Source: Pseudothioglobus sp. nBUS_23 (GTDB lineage: Bacteria; Pseudomonadota; Gammaproteobacteria; PS1; Pseudothioglobaceae). Taken from it: DNA of 32,000 nucleotides. Under the pieces are notes generated by a model. It was not told the origin of the DNA. It ran no database searches and saw nothing but the letters and a program-made list of their open reading frames with translations. Shown piece after piece: positions 13,200 to 22,900 of this stretch (the first letter of the stretch is position 1; the number at the start of each line of letters is the position of its first letter). The position numbers and the translations under genes are program-made. Where the stretch lies: positions 210,001 through 242,000 of the forward strand of contig NZ_CP179200.1 in the NCBI RefSeq assembly GCF_051201565.1, given 5' to 3'.

Positions 13200-14110
13200 A
13201 TAAACCAGTAAGAAATGATTTGAACTTAAAACTGCTCATGTTAAGTTTCTGTGTAGCAATGTTTAGTCTTAATGTCAGTGCTGATACTGATATGAGCGCA
13301 AGAGAAATCATGGAAAGAGTTGACGAAGAGTCCAGAAAGTCAACAGACTCTGCGTTCACCAGAATGAAGTTAACGACTTGTAAATATGGCAAAAAGGATG
13401 GCAAGATTAAGTGTGCTGAAAAGCCCCGTGTTAAATTAGTCGAGAATGCACAAATCAATACTGGCGTTGATGATAAGGATACCAAGAGTGTCGCAATCAT
13501 TCTTGAGCCAGCCAGTGAGAGAGGCATTGGAATGCTCTCTTACAGCTATGATGATAGTGACAGAGATAATGAGACCTGGCTCTATTTGTCTGCGCTTGGA
13601 AAGGTGAAGAGAATAAGTGTCAGAAATAGTGATGACGAGGAGACTGAGTCGGCTAGTATTTTTGGAACTGAAATGACAACAGAAGATCAGGAGTCCGGAA
13701 AGCTCGATGACTATACCTATGAATTACTAGAGCAAGGTAAGTTTAGAGGTCGTGACGTTGCCGTCATTGAGTCGACACCAAAGCCTCATCGACTCAGTAA
13801 AAGTAGTTATGGAAAAACCCAGAGTTGGGTAGATACTGAAAGATTCATTACCTTGAAGGTTCAAATGTTTGATAAGAACTCCAATCCTATTAAAAAGCTT
13901 GAGGTAGGTAAAGTTGAAAAAATTAATGATGTTTGGATGGGTAGAAGTTTGACATTTTTTAATACTGTCAGTAACAGGCTAACCAATATGAGGCTTGAGG
14001 CTATCAATTTTGATATGGACATTAAAGAGGATTTTTTAACTCAGAGAGCCCTTACTGATCAGGCCTTCAGAGAGAAATATCTGAAAGATCTTCGCAAACA
14101 GGCCAAATAA
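13196..14110 (+). CDS. Secreted LolA-like 'outer membrane lipoprotein-sorting' family protein (PF17131-like)
   Basis: The 304-aa ORF has an N-terminal signal peptide (…AMFSLNVSA/DT). Its core, ETWLYLSALGKVKRIS…IFGTEMTTED…YTYELL…, matches my recollection of the LolA_like family signature (qWlYlPalrrvrRI…sFmGsdFtyeDl). The ATG overlaps the RND stop (ATGA). Confidence 0.65.
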   Translation: MNKPVRNDLNLKLLMLSFCVAMFSLNVSADTDMSAREIMERVDEESRKSTDSAFTRMKLTTCKYGKKDGKIKCAEKPRVKLVENAQINTGVDDKDTKSVAIILEPASERGIGMLSYSYDDSDRDNETWLYLSALGKVKRISVRNSDDEETESASIFGTEMTTEDQESGKLDDYTYELLEQGKFRGRDVAVIESTPKPHRLSKSSYGKTQSWVDTERFITLKVQMFDKNSNPIKKLEVGKVEKINDVWMGRSLTFFNTVSNRLTNMRLEAINFDMDIKEDFLTQRALTDQAFREKYLKDLRKQAK

Positions 14111-14118
14111 ATCTTAAG

Positions 14119-15390
14119 ATGTTAAATAGTGTTCTAAGACAATTAATATTTGTAATATTTGGCTTTACCTTCTTAATGAATGTCAATGCAGACGACTCAT
14201 TTTTTGATGACGACATTGCTTTTGATGAGTCTGAAGGGGATTTTGATGAGTGGTCTGATGATAGTGATATCTTTGGAGAAGAAGCTGCTATTGAAGAAAA
14301 AAGATTACCTTGGCTAGATCTTGGAGTGACTCAAAAGTGGGGTTTCAATCCTGCAAGTGATTACAGTACCACTCAAGAAAGAACAGAGTTGACTCTCGGA
14401 ACTAGTGGTAGCGTCTCTGATTCAGGTTATGGAGAGGTTGAATTAAAGGCAACCAAATACTGGCCCAGTGACAGCAATTATTCAACTGAAAAAAGTGATT
14501 TAGAGGTTGAGCAGGCTTTTTTACAGTTTAGCTTTGATGACTGGAGCACTAAGATAGGTAAATATACCATTGGCTGGGGTGAGCTCGAAGGCGGTGCAAT
14601 TGACGTTGTTAATCCTTCTGGAGGGTTGACAGATCCATCTGTGATTCCTCAGTGGTTTTTAAGCGCCACCCGCTATTTTGATCATAGTGATTTAAGTTTT
14701 TTTTACAATACGAATCCAAAAGTTTCGAAGAGTAGCCTCCTTATTCTGAAAAATGATACCTATGATGAATTTGGAATGCGATACGGAATTAGCAGTGAGG
14801 GAAGTGATATGGCATTGTATTTGGGTCAACTAGTGCCCAATGATGCGCTCATTAATCTAACTGATGGGATGGTTTATGCAACCCCTTATCAATTAATAGG
14901 TTTTGGTATGAACAAGGCTTTTGATGACTTTTTGCTTAAATTTGATATTGCCCTCAAGAACAATGTTCAGCACAATCGAACGGGACAATTTATTAAAGTA
15001 GATCGGCTTGATTGGGACTTGGCATTTGATATTCAAAACGATGATAGGCAGTGGCTTATATCTATTAATTCTCAGTATCTTTTGGATTATGCTAATGATT
15101 ATTTAACGCCTTCAATTTTAGGTGTTGGTGTAGGTGCAAAACGAAATAACATGAGCTACATGTTCAGCGTCAGTGATAATTTTGGAGACTCTGACTGGAA
15201 ATGGGGCTTATCTAATGTCATATCCTCCAATAATGACCTCAATCTCAGTTCAGCAACGCTAGATTGGGACATTAATGATCAGTGGCAAGCCTCTTTAAGT
15301 GGAACTTATATCGATGCTAAAGATAATCGTGCTTATGCCGCCCTAGATGATTATCAGAGAGTGAACCTAGAAATTAAGTATCAATATTAA
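14119..15390 (+). CDS. Putative outer-membrane beta-barrel protein with acidic N-terminal extension
   Basis: The 423-aa ORF has a signal peptide (…FLMNVNA/DD) followed by a roughly 35-aa D/E/F/W-rich stretch. After that come repeated amphipathic alternating-residue strands (WDLAFDIQ, WLISINSQYLL, MSYMFSVSD, WKWGLSNVIS, WQASLSGTYI). The C-terminus, VNLEIKYQY, ends in an aromatic residue as in OMP sorting signals. It starts 8 nt after the preceding gene. No named family recognised. Confidence 0.5.
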   Translation: MLNSVLRQLIFVIFGFTFLMNVNADDSFFDDDIAFDESEGDFDEWSDDSDIFGEEAAIEEKRLPWLDLGVTQKWGFNPASDYSTTQERTELTLGTSGSVSDSGYGEVELKATKYWPSDSNYSTEKSDLEVEQAFLQFSFDDWSTKIGKYTIGWGELEGGAIDVVNPSGGLTDPSVIPQWFLSATRYFDHSDLSFFYNTNPKVSKSSLLILKNDTYDEFGMRYGISSEGSDMALYLGQLVPNDALINLTDGMVYATPYQLIGFGMNKAFDDFLLKFDIALKNNVQHNRTGQFIKVDRLDWDLAFDIQNDDRQWLISINSQYLLDYANDYLTPSILGVGVGAKRNNMSYMFSVSDNFGDSDWKWGLSNVISSNNDLNLSSATLDWDINDQWQASLSGTYIDAKDNRAYAALDDYQRVNLEIKYQY

Positions 15391-15496
15391 GACGATTAAT
15401 TTTGAAGTGATTCAATAAAGACTGATGCCAAGCTAACAATGACCCTGCTTCGTTAGTACATAGTATAATTTACGCATATTAATTTAACTGAGTATC

Positions 15497-16792
15497 ATGC
15501 TAGAGAGTAAGCTTTTAAGAGGGAATATAGATTTTGTTGTTGAGCAACTCAAAAGACGAAATTTTTCCTTTGATGTTGACGAATTCAATGAGCTTGAAAA
15601 TCAAAGAAAAATTATCCAAGTTCAGACTCAGGAGTTACAAAATCTTCGTAATACCAAATCTAAATCTATAGGTCAGGCTAAGGCAAGTGGTAAAAATATT
15701 GAGCCACTTCTTAAAGAGGTGTCAGACCTTGGTGAAAAGCTTGATAACGCTAAGGTTGAACTCCAAGAAATTCAGTCAAAGATTAGTGATATTGCTTTAT
15801 CAATGCCCAATATACCCCATCCTTCTGTGCCTAAGGGCAATTCTGAAGATGAGAATGAGGAAGTTTCAAGTTGGCCAAAAGAGGGGCCAACACCATTTGA
15901 TTTTGAGCCTAAAGATCATGTTGATTTAGGTGAGTTACACGGAATTGATTTTGCAGCAGCAGCTAAGATTTCTGGCTCAAGGTTTGTTGTTATTACTGGG
16001 AGGCTGGCAAAGCTTCAGCGTGCTTTAACTCAGTTTATGTTGGATCATCATACTGAAAATAATAATTACAAAGAGACTTATGCACCATATTTGGTAAATT
16101 CAGATTCATTAATGGGTACAGGTCAATTACCTAAATTTGAGGCCGATTTATTTAAAACGCATCTGCACGGCGAGGAGGGCGAGGCAAGAGCTTTATATTT
16201 AATTCCTACTGCAGAAGTTCCTGTTACAAATCTTGTCCGAGATTCAATTTTGAAAGAATCTGAGCTGCCACTTAAGTTTGTTGCACATACCCCTTGCTTT
16301 AGATCAGAGGCTGGTTCTTATGGAAAAGATACGCGCGGACTAATTAGACAGCACCAGTTCGAGAAAGTTGAGCTCGTTCAAATTTCAAAACCTTCTGAAT
16401 CATACAATATTCTCGAAGAGTTGACGAATGATGCAGAAGGCATACTGAAGTTATTAGAGTTGCCCTATCGAAAAGTTACTCTCTGTACAGGTGATCTAGG
16501 CTTTTCTTCCGCAAAAACCTATGATTTGGAAGTGTGGCTTCCAGGTCAGAATGCCTATCGTGAAATTTCTTCATGCTCTTGTTTTGAATCGTTTCAAGCA
16601 AGAAGAATGCAGCTTAGATGGAAGAATCCAGAGACAAATGAGTCAGAGTTTTTGCATACTTTAAATGGCTCAGGATTAGCAGTTGGCAGAACATTGGTGG
16701 CAGTGATTGAAAACTATCAAAATGCTGATGGCAGTATTACTATACCAAAAGTCCTACAGGGCTACATGGGCGGCCTAACTAAGATAAAATAA
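15497..16792 (+). CDS. serS: Serine--tRNA ligase
   Basis: The 431-aa ORF has the N-terminal coiled-coil arm and class II motifs (…[25 protein letters not shown]…, [18 protein letters not shown]). Confidence 0.95.
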   Translation: MLESKLLRGNIDFVVEQLKRRNFSFDVDEFNELENQRKIIQVQTQELQNLRNTKSKSIGQAKASGKNIEPLLKEVSDLGEKLDNAKVELQEIQSKISDIALSMPNIPHPSVPKGNSEDENEEVSSWPKEGPTPFDFEPKDHVDLGELHGIDFAAAAKISGSRFVVITGRLAKLQRALTQFMLDHHTENNNYKETYAPYLVNSDSLMGTGQLPKFEADLFKTHLHGEEGEARALYLIPTAEVPVTNLVRDSILKESELPLKFVAHTPCFRSEAGSYGKDTRGLIRQHQFEKVELVQISKPSESYNILEELTNDAEGILKLLELPYRKVTLCTGDLGFSSAKTYDLEVWLPGQNAYREISSCSCFESFQARRMQLRWKNPETNESEFLHTLNGSGLAVGRTLVAVIENYQNADGSITIPKVLQGYMGGLTKIK

Positions 16793-16819
16793 CCCCTTTA
16801 TTATTTTTTGGAGTGAAAG

Positions 16820-17149
16820 ATGAATCTACCACCAGAAATTTTTCTGATTGCAATGTTTGTGCTGATGTATTTTTTACTAATCAGACCACAACAAAAAAGA
16901 GCTAAAGACCATAAAAACTTATTGAAAGAATTAAAGAAGGGTGATGAAGTTGTTACTAATGGTGGCGTTATTGGAAAAATAACTGCTGTTGATGAATCTT
17001 TTGCTGAAATAGAGGTTTCTTCGGGCGTTTCTATGAAAGTTCAAAAGCAAGGTATCAATCAAAAAATGCCAAAAGGTAGTGTCAAGCCAATGACTAAGGC
17101 AACCAGTAAGTCAAAGGCTAAGACGAAAGCAATAGAAAAAGCGGAATAA
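16820..17149 (+). CDS. yajC: Preprotein translocase subunit YajC (with Lys-rich C-terminal tail)
   Basis: The 109-aa ORF has a single TM and the motif IRPQQKRAKDHKNLLKELKKGDEVVTNGGVIGKI. It sits directly upstream of secD-secF, as is canonical. Confidence 0.92.
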   Translation: MNLPPEIFLIAMFVLMYFLLIRPQQKRAKDHKNLLKELKKGDEVVTNGGVIGKITAVDESFAEIEVSSGVSMKVQKQGINQKMPKGSVKPMTKATSKSKAKTKAIEKAE

Positions 17150-17165
17150 AGGGCAAATACACCAT

Positions 17166-19013
17166 ATGAACCATTACGCAGCCTGGAAAAATCTTCTAAT
17201 TGTATTTTTCCTATTTATTTTAGGTCTATATGCATTGCCAAATCTTTATGGTTCAGATTTAGCGATTCAAATTTCTGGATCTGGTAACTATGATGTCAGT
17301 CAGAGAGACCTAGATAAAATCAATGGTACATTGTCAGATAATGGGGTGAACTTTAAATCGATTTCTCTTGAGGATAAGAATGTTTTGGTCAGATTTAATG
17401 ACTCTCAATCACAACTATCTTCCAAAGCAATTTTGAAAGACTCGCTCACAAGAAATTACGTTGTAGCTCTTAATTTAGCGCCATCAATTCCTCAGTGGCT
17501 TACAAATCTTGGTGGAAAGGCGATGTCATTAGGCCTTGATCTTAGGGGCGGTGTTCATTTCCTCTTAGAGGTTGACATGAACGCTGTCACAACAATGGCT
17601 GTTGATCGCTATTACAATGAACTTAGAGCGGCACTCAGAAAAGACAAGCTGTATAAGAAAATCCGTAAAGAAGATAATCTGCTTTTTGTTTCATTCAAAA
17701 GTGAAGCGCTCAAAAATGAGGCAAAAAAGGTCATAAAAGAGGACTTACCTGACTTGGTTATTGCTGAAGGCAGTGAGCAAGAACTTGAAATAGGACTTGA
17801 AATTTCAGCTGCTGCTCAAGCAGATGCAAAAAATGGCGCATTAAAACAAAATATTACGACGCTCAGAAATCGTGTGAATGAGTTGGGTGTTGCTGAGCCT
17901 ATCATCCAGCAACAAGGAACAGAGAGAATCGTGGTTCAATTGCCCGGAGTTCAAGATACCGCAAGAGCAAAAGAGATTTTAGGCGCCGTAGCAACTATTG
18001 AGTTTAGGTTGGTTGATGAAAAAAATGATGTCCAGACTGCAATTCAATCAGGAAAAACGCCTACAGGTTCAAAAATTTATAAGTTTAAAGATGGCAGGCC
18101 TCTCCTTTTAAAGTCTAATGTGATTACAACTGGTGAAAACATAGTTGACGCCTCTTCCAGTATGGATGAGAACAACCAGCCGAGCGTCAGCATTGTTCTC
18201 GATAGCTCTGGCGGCCGTTCTATGCTCGATACTACAAAAGAGTTCTTAGGCTATAGAATGGCGGTTGTCTTTATCGAAAACCAGGTAGAAACCGTGATGG
18301 AAGATGGCGTTGCTGTTAAGAAGCGCTCTAAGACGCAAGATATAATTAACGCTGCGACGATTCAGGGTACTTTTTCAAATCGTTTTCAAATTACAGGATT
18401 AGATAGTGCCAGAGAAGCAACAAATTTAGCGCTTCTTTTAAGGGCTGGATCTCTCTCTGCCCCAGTAGAGATTATTGAGGAGAGAACTATTGGTCCAAGT
18501 CTTGGTGCTGATAATATTCAAAAAGGGTTAATTTCTGTGCTCGTTGGTTTTGGCTTAGTGCTGATTTTTATGGCATGGCGTTACCGAGTTTTTGGGCTGG
18601 TTGCAAATTTAGCCTTGACTCTTAACTTGGTTACTATTATATCTATTTTGTCATTGATTCAAGCGACACTCACACTCCCTGGAATAGCGGGAATTGTGCT
18701 GACTGTGGGTATGGCAGTTGACGCAAACGTTTTAATTTTTGAGCGTATTAAAGAAGAGATGCGCTCCAGTAAAAATATTCAAAAAGCAATATCCTCCGGC
18801 TATGAAAAAGCCTTACTGACAATTGCAGATGCTAATATAACAACGCTCATCGCATCGATTGTGTTGTTTAGTTTTGGTACCGGCCCTATTAAGGGTTTTG
18901 CGGTCACTTTAACTATTGGCATCATCACATCAATGTTTACAGCAATCATTGTCTCAAGAGCAATTATCAATCTAATCTATGGCGGTAAAAAAGTTGAGGA
19001 GTTAGCAATATGA
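17166..19013 (+). CDS. secD: Protein translocase subunit SecD
   Basis: The 615-aa ORF has LGLDLRGGVHFLLEVD, a large periplasmic domain and a C-terminal 5-TM bundle. Confidence 0.95.
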   Translation: MNHYAAWKNLLIVFFLFILGLYALPNLYGSDLAIQISGSGNYDVSQRDLDKINGTLSDNGVNFKSISLEDKNVLVRFNDSQSQLSSKAILKDSLTRNYVVALNLAPSIPQWLTNLGGKAMSLGLDLRGGVHFLLEVDMNAVTTMAVDRYYNELRAALRKDKLYKKIRKEDNLLFVSFKSEALKNEAKKVIKEDLPDLVIAEGSEQELEIGLEISAAAQADAKNGALKQNITTLRNRVNELGVAEPIIQQQGTERIVVQLPGVQDTARAKEILGAVATIEFRLVDEKNDVQTAIQSGKTPTGSKIYKFKDGRPLLLKSNVITTGENIVDASSSMDENNQPSVSIVLDSSGGRSMLDTTKEFLGYRMAVVFIENQVETVMEDGVAVKKRSKTQDIINAATIQGTFSNRFQITGLDSAREATNLALLLRAGSLSAPVEIIEERTIGPSLGADNIQKGLISVLVGFGLVLIFMAWRYRVFGLVANLALTLNLVTIISILSLIQATLTLPGIAGIVLTVGMAVDANVLIFERIKEEMRSSKNIQKAISSGYEKALLTIADANITTLIASIVLFSFGTGPIKGFAVTLTIGIITSMFTAIIVSRAIINLIYGGKKVEELAI

Positions 19014-19936
19014 GTCTCAGATCTTTAAATATTCCTGTGATTGATTTTGTTGGTAAACGTAAGTTTGCATTGATTTTCTCTGCCATTTTGCTGATAGTTT
19101 CAATAGCCTCCTTGGGTTTGCAAGGATTAAAATTCGGCATCGACTTTACGGGCGGTACACTAATTGAGTTAGGTTATGAAAAAACTGCTGACCTAGAAAG
19201 CATAAGAACTAAACTTGCAGAAGCAGAATACAAAGGAGCCAACGTACAATATTTTGGCTCAGACACTGAGGTGCTTATTCAGTTAGAGCCACAAGCAACA
19301 TCTAGTGCAAAGTTAAGCTCATCTATTATCAGGATGCTAGGTGAAGGTATTGATGTAAGGAGAGTCGAATTTGTTGGTCCAAAGGTAGGAGAAGAGCTCA
19401 CTAATGATGGCGGGCTTGCGATGCTATATGCCCTTATAGGTATATTAATCTATGTCGCATTCAGATTCGAATATCGATTCGCCTTGGGTTCAATTGCAGC
19501 TATAGTTCATGATGTCATTATCACTCTCGGAGTTTTTTCGATTCTTCAGATTGAATTTGATTTGACAGTTCTAGCAGCTATCCTTGCAGTTATTGGTTAT
19601 TCTCTGAATGACACGATTGTTGTCTTTGATAGAATACGTGAAAACTTTTTGGCAACTCGTCATGTAGAGCCTGAGCCTATCGTCAATGAAGCCCTTAACC
19701 AGACATTATCTCGAACAATCATGACCTCACTTACGACTTTGCTCGTTCTTCTTGCTTTGTTTTATTTAGGCGGTGAAGTAATCAACAGCTTTGCTGGTGC
19801 GTTGATTGTGGGTGTTATTATTGGAACCTACTCTTCAATTTATGTTGCAAGTTCAATGATTCTTGCCCTTGGGATTTCAAAGGAGGATATGCTCCCATCT
19901 GAAAAAGAGAAAAAAGAGATTGATGCCAGGCCTTAG
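19010..19936 (+). CDS. secF: Protein translocase subunit SecF
   Basis: The 308-aa ORF has GIDFTGGT and the SecF TM bundle. Its ATG overlaps the secD stop by 4 nt. Confidence 0.95.
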   Translation: MSLRSLNIPVIDFVGKRKFALIFSAILLIVSIASLGLQGLKFGIDFTGGTLIELGYEKTADLESIRTKLAEAEYKGANVQYFGSDTEVLIQLEPQATSSAKLSSSIIRMLGEGIDVRRVEFVGPKVGEELTNDGGLAMLYALIGILIYVAFRFEYRFALGSIAAIVHDVIITLGVFSILQIEFDLTVLAAILAVIGYSLNDTIVVFDRIRENFLATRHVEPEPIVNEALNQTLSRTIMTSLTTLLVLLALFYLGGEVINSFAGALIVGVIIGTYSSIYVASSMILALGISKEDMLPSEKEKKEIDARP

Positions 19937-19945
19937 TCGGCTATA

Positions 19946-21160
19946 TTAGCTAAATTTCTCAAAAACAAGACAAGCATTAGTTCCACCGAAGCCAAAACTA
20001 TTTGAAAGTACTCGGCTCAGTTTTACATCTTTTGTTTCCATCACAATAGGCATTCCAGTGGCTTCAATGTCAAGATTTTCAATATTAACAGATTCAGCAA
20101 CAAAGTCATTTTGAAGCATTAAGAGTGAGTAGATTGACTCATTAACCCCTGCCGCTCCAAGAGCATGCCCAGACAAAGACTTAGTAGAACCTATGAGAGG
20201 TATATTATCCCCAAAAACCTCTTTTATTGCGCCAAGCTCTTTGACATCTCCAACAGGAGTTGATGTGCCGTGAGCATTAATATAATCGATGGCGCCGCTT
20301 ACACTAGCAGTTGCTATCTCCATGCATCTTTTAGCTCCTTCTCCAGAAGGTGCTACCATATCATAGCCATCCGAAGTTGCTCCATAGCCAACAAGCTCAG
20401 CAATAATTTTTGCCCCACGGGCTTGTGCATGATCTAAAGATTCAAGAACTAGAGCGCCTCCACCTCCTGAAATAACGAACCCATCTCTATCCGCATCAAA
20501 AGCGCGCGACGCCTGTGAAGGTGAATCATTGTATTTTGAAGAGAGGGCGCCCATTGCATCGAACAACATAGTTAGAGACCAATCAAGCTCTTCTCCTCCA
20601 CCTGCAAAGACTACATCTTGTTTACCCAACTGGATTTGTTCCATTGCATTTCCAATGCAGTGAGCACTGGTTGAGCAAGCAGAACTGATTGAATAGTTAA
20701 TACCTTTGATTTTAAATAGGGTAGAAAGACATGCTGAGGTTGTTGAGCCCATTGTTCTTGGAACGCGGTAAGGCCCAACTCTTTTGATGCCTCTCTCTCT
20801 TAAAATATCCGCCGACTCTACAATATTTTGATTGGAGGCTCCGCCAGAGCCCATAATGAGACCTGTTCTTTCATGAGAAATCATTTCAGGACTCAGGCCA
20901 GATTCTTTGATAGCCTCGTCTAAGGCTACAGCATTGTAAATTGCTGCATCTGCCATAAACCTGAGCATCTTACGGTCAATAATCTCGCTAGTATCAACTT
21001 CTGGAATAGAACCATGAACATGAGATCTTAGACCCATCTCCCTATATTTTTCGCTAAACGCAATTCCAGATTTTGCTGACTTAAGGGACTCTAAGACTTC
21101 TAATTTATTAGCACCAAGACTGCTAACGATGCCCATACCAGTAACTACGACTCTATTCAT
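19946..21160 (-). CDS. fabB: 3-oxoacyl-ACP synthase I (KAS I)
   Basis: The 404-aa ORF is collinear with E. coli FabB, sharing [39 protein letters not shown] and [10 protein letters not shown]. It lies directly downstream of fabA. Confidence 0.93.
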   Translation of the reverse strand: MNRVVVTGMGIVSSLGANKLEVLESLKSAKSGIAFSEKYREMGLRSHVHGSIPEVDTSEIIDRKMLRFMADAAIYNAVALDEAIKESGLSPEMISHERTGLIMGSGGASNQNIVESADILRERGIKRVGPYRVPRTMGSTTSACLSTLFKIKGINYSISSACSTSAHCIGNAMEQIQLGKQDVVFAGGGEELDWSLTMLFDAMGALSSKYNDSPSQASRAFDADRDGFVISGGGGALVLESLDHAQARGAKIIAELVGYGATSDGYDMVAPSGEGAKRCMEIATASVSGAIDYINAHGTSTPVGDVKELGAIKEVFGDNIPLIGSTKSLSGHALGAAGVNESIYSLLMLQNDFVAESVNIENLDIEATGMPIVMETKDVKLSRVLSNSFGFGGTNACLVFEKFS

Positions 21161-21672
21161 CAGAATGCTGAGGTATCAGTAAACAATCCAACCTTAAGGT
21201 TTGTTGCCTCATAGATAGTTTTGCCATCAACCTCCATAGTAGCATCGGCAATTCCCATATAAAGTTTTCGCGCAATAACTCTCGAAAGGCTTACGTTGTA
21301 TGTCACTTTTTTGCTTGTTGGGAGGACTTGTCCTGTGAACTTGACTTGGCCTGAACCAAGCGCACGACCCCTTCCAGGGCCACCTAGCCAGCCAAGATAA
21401 AAACCGACTAACTGCCACATAGCATCCACACCTAAGCATCCAGGCATCACCGGGTCCTCATTAAAGTGGCAATCAAAAAACCATAAATCTTTATTTATAT
21501 CGAGCTCAGCAGTCATCCCACCTTTGCCATAGTCACCACCATTCTCACTGATATTTGTTATACGATCAAACATCAGCATCGGTGGCTGAGGCAGTTGAGC
21601 ATTACCAGGACCAAACAGTTCACCCTTTCCACATTGGATTAAATCTTCATAAGAGTAGCTGTTTTGCTTCAT
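21160..21672 (-). CDS. fabA: 3-hydroxydecanoyl-ACP dehydratase/isomerase
   Basis: Strong full-length match to E. coli FabA (…[45 protein letters not shown]…[11 protein letters not shown]). I prefer the ATG at 21672 ([11 protein letters not shown]…, aligning with the E. coli N-terminus) over the track's TTG at 21684. Stop and fabB start overlap as TGATG. Confidence 0.93.
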   Translation of the reverse strand: MKQNSYSYEDLIQCGKGELFGPGNAQLPQPPMLMFDRITNISENGGDYGKGGMTAELDINKDLWFFDCHFNEDPVMPGCLGVDAMWQLVGFYLGWLGGPGRGRALGSGQVKFTGQVLPTSKKVTYNVSLSRVIARKLYMGIADATMEVDGKTIYEATNLKVGLFTDTSAF

Positions 21673-21710
21673 AAGTCCTGTCAAATCTTTTGATGGATAA
21701 ATTTTAACAT

Positions 21711-21735
21711 AGTTGAATTGAGGCGTAATTCAACT
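21711..21735 (-). terminator. Inverted repeat immediately after the metZ stop (weak terminator or RNA hairpin candidate)
   Basis: AGTTGAATT (21711-21719) and AATTCAACT (21727-21735) form a 9-bp perfect stem with a 7-nt loop. The stem has only 2 G-C pairs and no U-tract follows on the minus strand, so terminator function is doubtful. Confidence 0.2.
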
Positions 21736-22889
21736 TAAGGCCTAATGTCATCAATGATATCTTCAATATTTTCAAGTCCGACAGAGATGCGAATCAAGCT
21801 TTCTGAAATATGTGTTTGCTCTTTTTCTTCATTTGTCAGCCTTACATGCGTTGTAGTTGATGGGTGAGTAATCGTTGTTTTAGCGTCACCCAAGTTCGCA
21901 GTAATTGAAATCATTCTCGTATTATTGATGAGTTTGAATGCCTCATTTCTACCCCCTTTGACCTCAAATGAAACAATACCTCCAAAGCCTGTCTGCTGTT
22001 TGCTAGCTATCTTATGGTGAGGATGGCTTTCTAGTCCAACATAATGAACTCTCTCAACAAAAGCTTGAGTTTCAAGCCAAAGAGCAAGTTTTAGGGCGCC
22101 CTCGCTATGGGCCTTCATTCTTAGGCTCAGAGTTTCAAGACCCTTGAGGACAACCCAGGCATTGAAAGCGCTGAGTGTGGGCCCAGTGCTTCGTGTAAAC
22201 GAACTAATTGCATCAACAATTGACGCTTTACCAGCAACCGCTCCAGCAAGGCATCTCCCTTGACCATCAATGTATTTTGTAGCTGAGTGAATCACAAGAT
22301 CAGCGCCAAGTGATAATGGCCTTTGAAGTGCAGGAGACATTACGCAGTTATCTACCGCAAGAACAATTTCATTTTTCTTTGAAATTGCAGATAGTTTTTC
22401 TATATCTACAACTTCACCCAAAGGATTGGAAGGAGTCTCTAAAAGAAATAATTTTGTATTCTTTTGAATACTTTTCTGCCATCCATCAAGATCTGGCAAA
22501 TCGACAAAGGTAACTTGAATGCCAAATTTTTCAATAATACTATTTAAAAGAACAATGGTTGTTCCGAACATACATCGAGAGGCAACCATGTGCTCGCCCG
22601 GCTTAAGTATGGTCATAATGGTTGCAAAGATGGCCGACATGCCGCTGGCTGTCGCCTGACATTTTTCAGCACCCTCGAGCGCAGCCAGTTTACCTTGAAA
22701 AGCACTTACTGTTGGGTTAGTAAATCTTGAGTAGACATTGCCTTGATTTGTCTCAAAGCGCTCAGCTGCTTGTTCAGCACTATCAAAACGATAACTGGAT
22801 GTTAAAAAAATGGCAGCAGAGTGTTCCTGCTCGCTTGAGGATTGATGACCCTCACGAACTGATTTAGTTTTAAATCCTTTATCTTCCAT
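21735..22889 (-). CDS. metZ: O-succinylhomoserine sulfhydrylase (Cys/Met-metabolism PLP enzyme)
   Basis: The 384-aa ORF carries the PLP-lysine motif HSATKYIDGQGR. Its position directly downstream of purF matches the purF-metZ linkage of Pseudomonas-type genomes. Substrate specificity (OSH versus OAH) cannot be determined by eye. Confidence 0.72.
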   Translation of the reverse strand: MEDKGFKTKSVREGHQSSSEQEHSAAIFLTSSYRFDSAEQAAERFETNQGNVYSRFTNPTVSAFQGKLAALEGAEKCQATASGMSAIFATIMTILKPGEHMVASRCMFGTTIVLLNSIIEKFGIQVTFVDLPDLDGWQKSIQKNTKLFLLETPSNPLGEVVDIEKLSAISKKNEIVLAVDNCVMSPALQRPLSLGADLVIHSATKYIDGQGRCLAGAVAGKASIVDAISSFTRSTGPTLSAFNAWVVLKGLETLSLRMKAHSEGALKLALWLETQAFVERVHYVGLESHPHHKIASKQQTGFGGIVSFEVKGGRNEAFKLINNTRMISITANLGDAKTTITHPSTTTHVRLTNEEKEQTHISESLIRISVGLENIEDIIDDIRP

Positions 22890-22900
22890 AGTTTTGTTGA

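Noticed and set aside
13180-13527. 115-aa minus-strand ORF spanning the junction between the RND gene and the LolA-like gene
   Set aside because: It is antisense to the well-supported signal-peptide region of the LolA-like gene. The hydrophobic, Leu/Ser-rich translation is typical of the reverse complement of a coding region, and no start context is visible.
21673-21684. N-terminal extensions from the track's TTG starts for fabA (21684), pyrE (28562) and the PhyH-like gene (29713)
   Set aside because: In each case an ATG a few codons downstream has a better SD-like sequence and/or aligns with the N-terminus of characterised homologues. The ORF finder simply reports the longest open frame.
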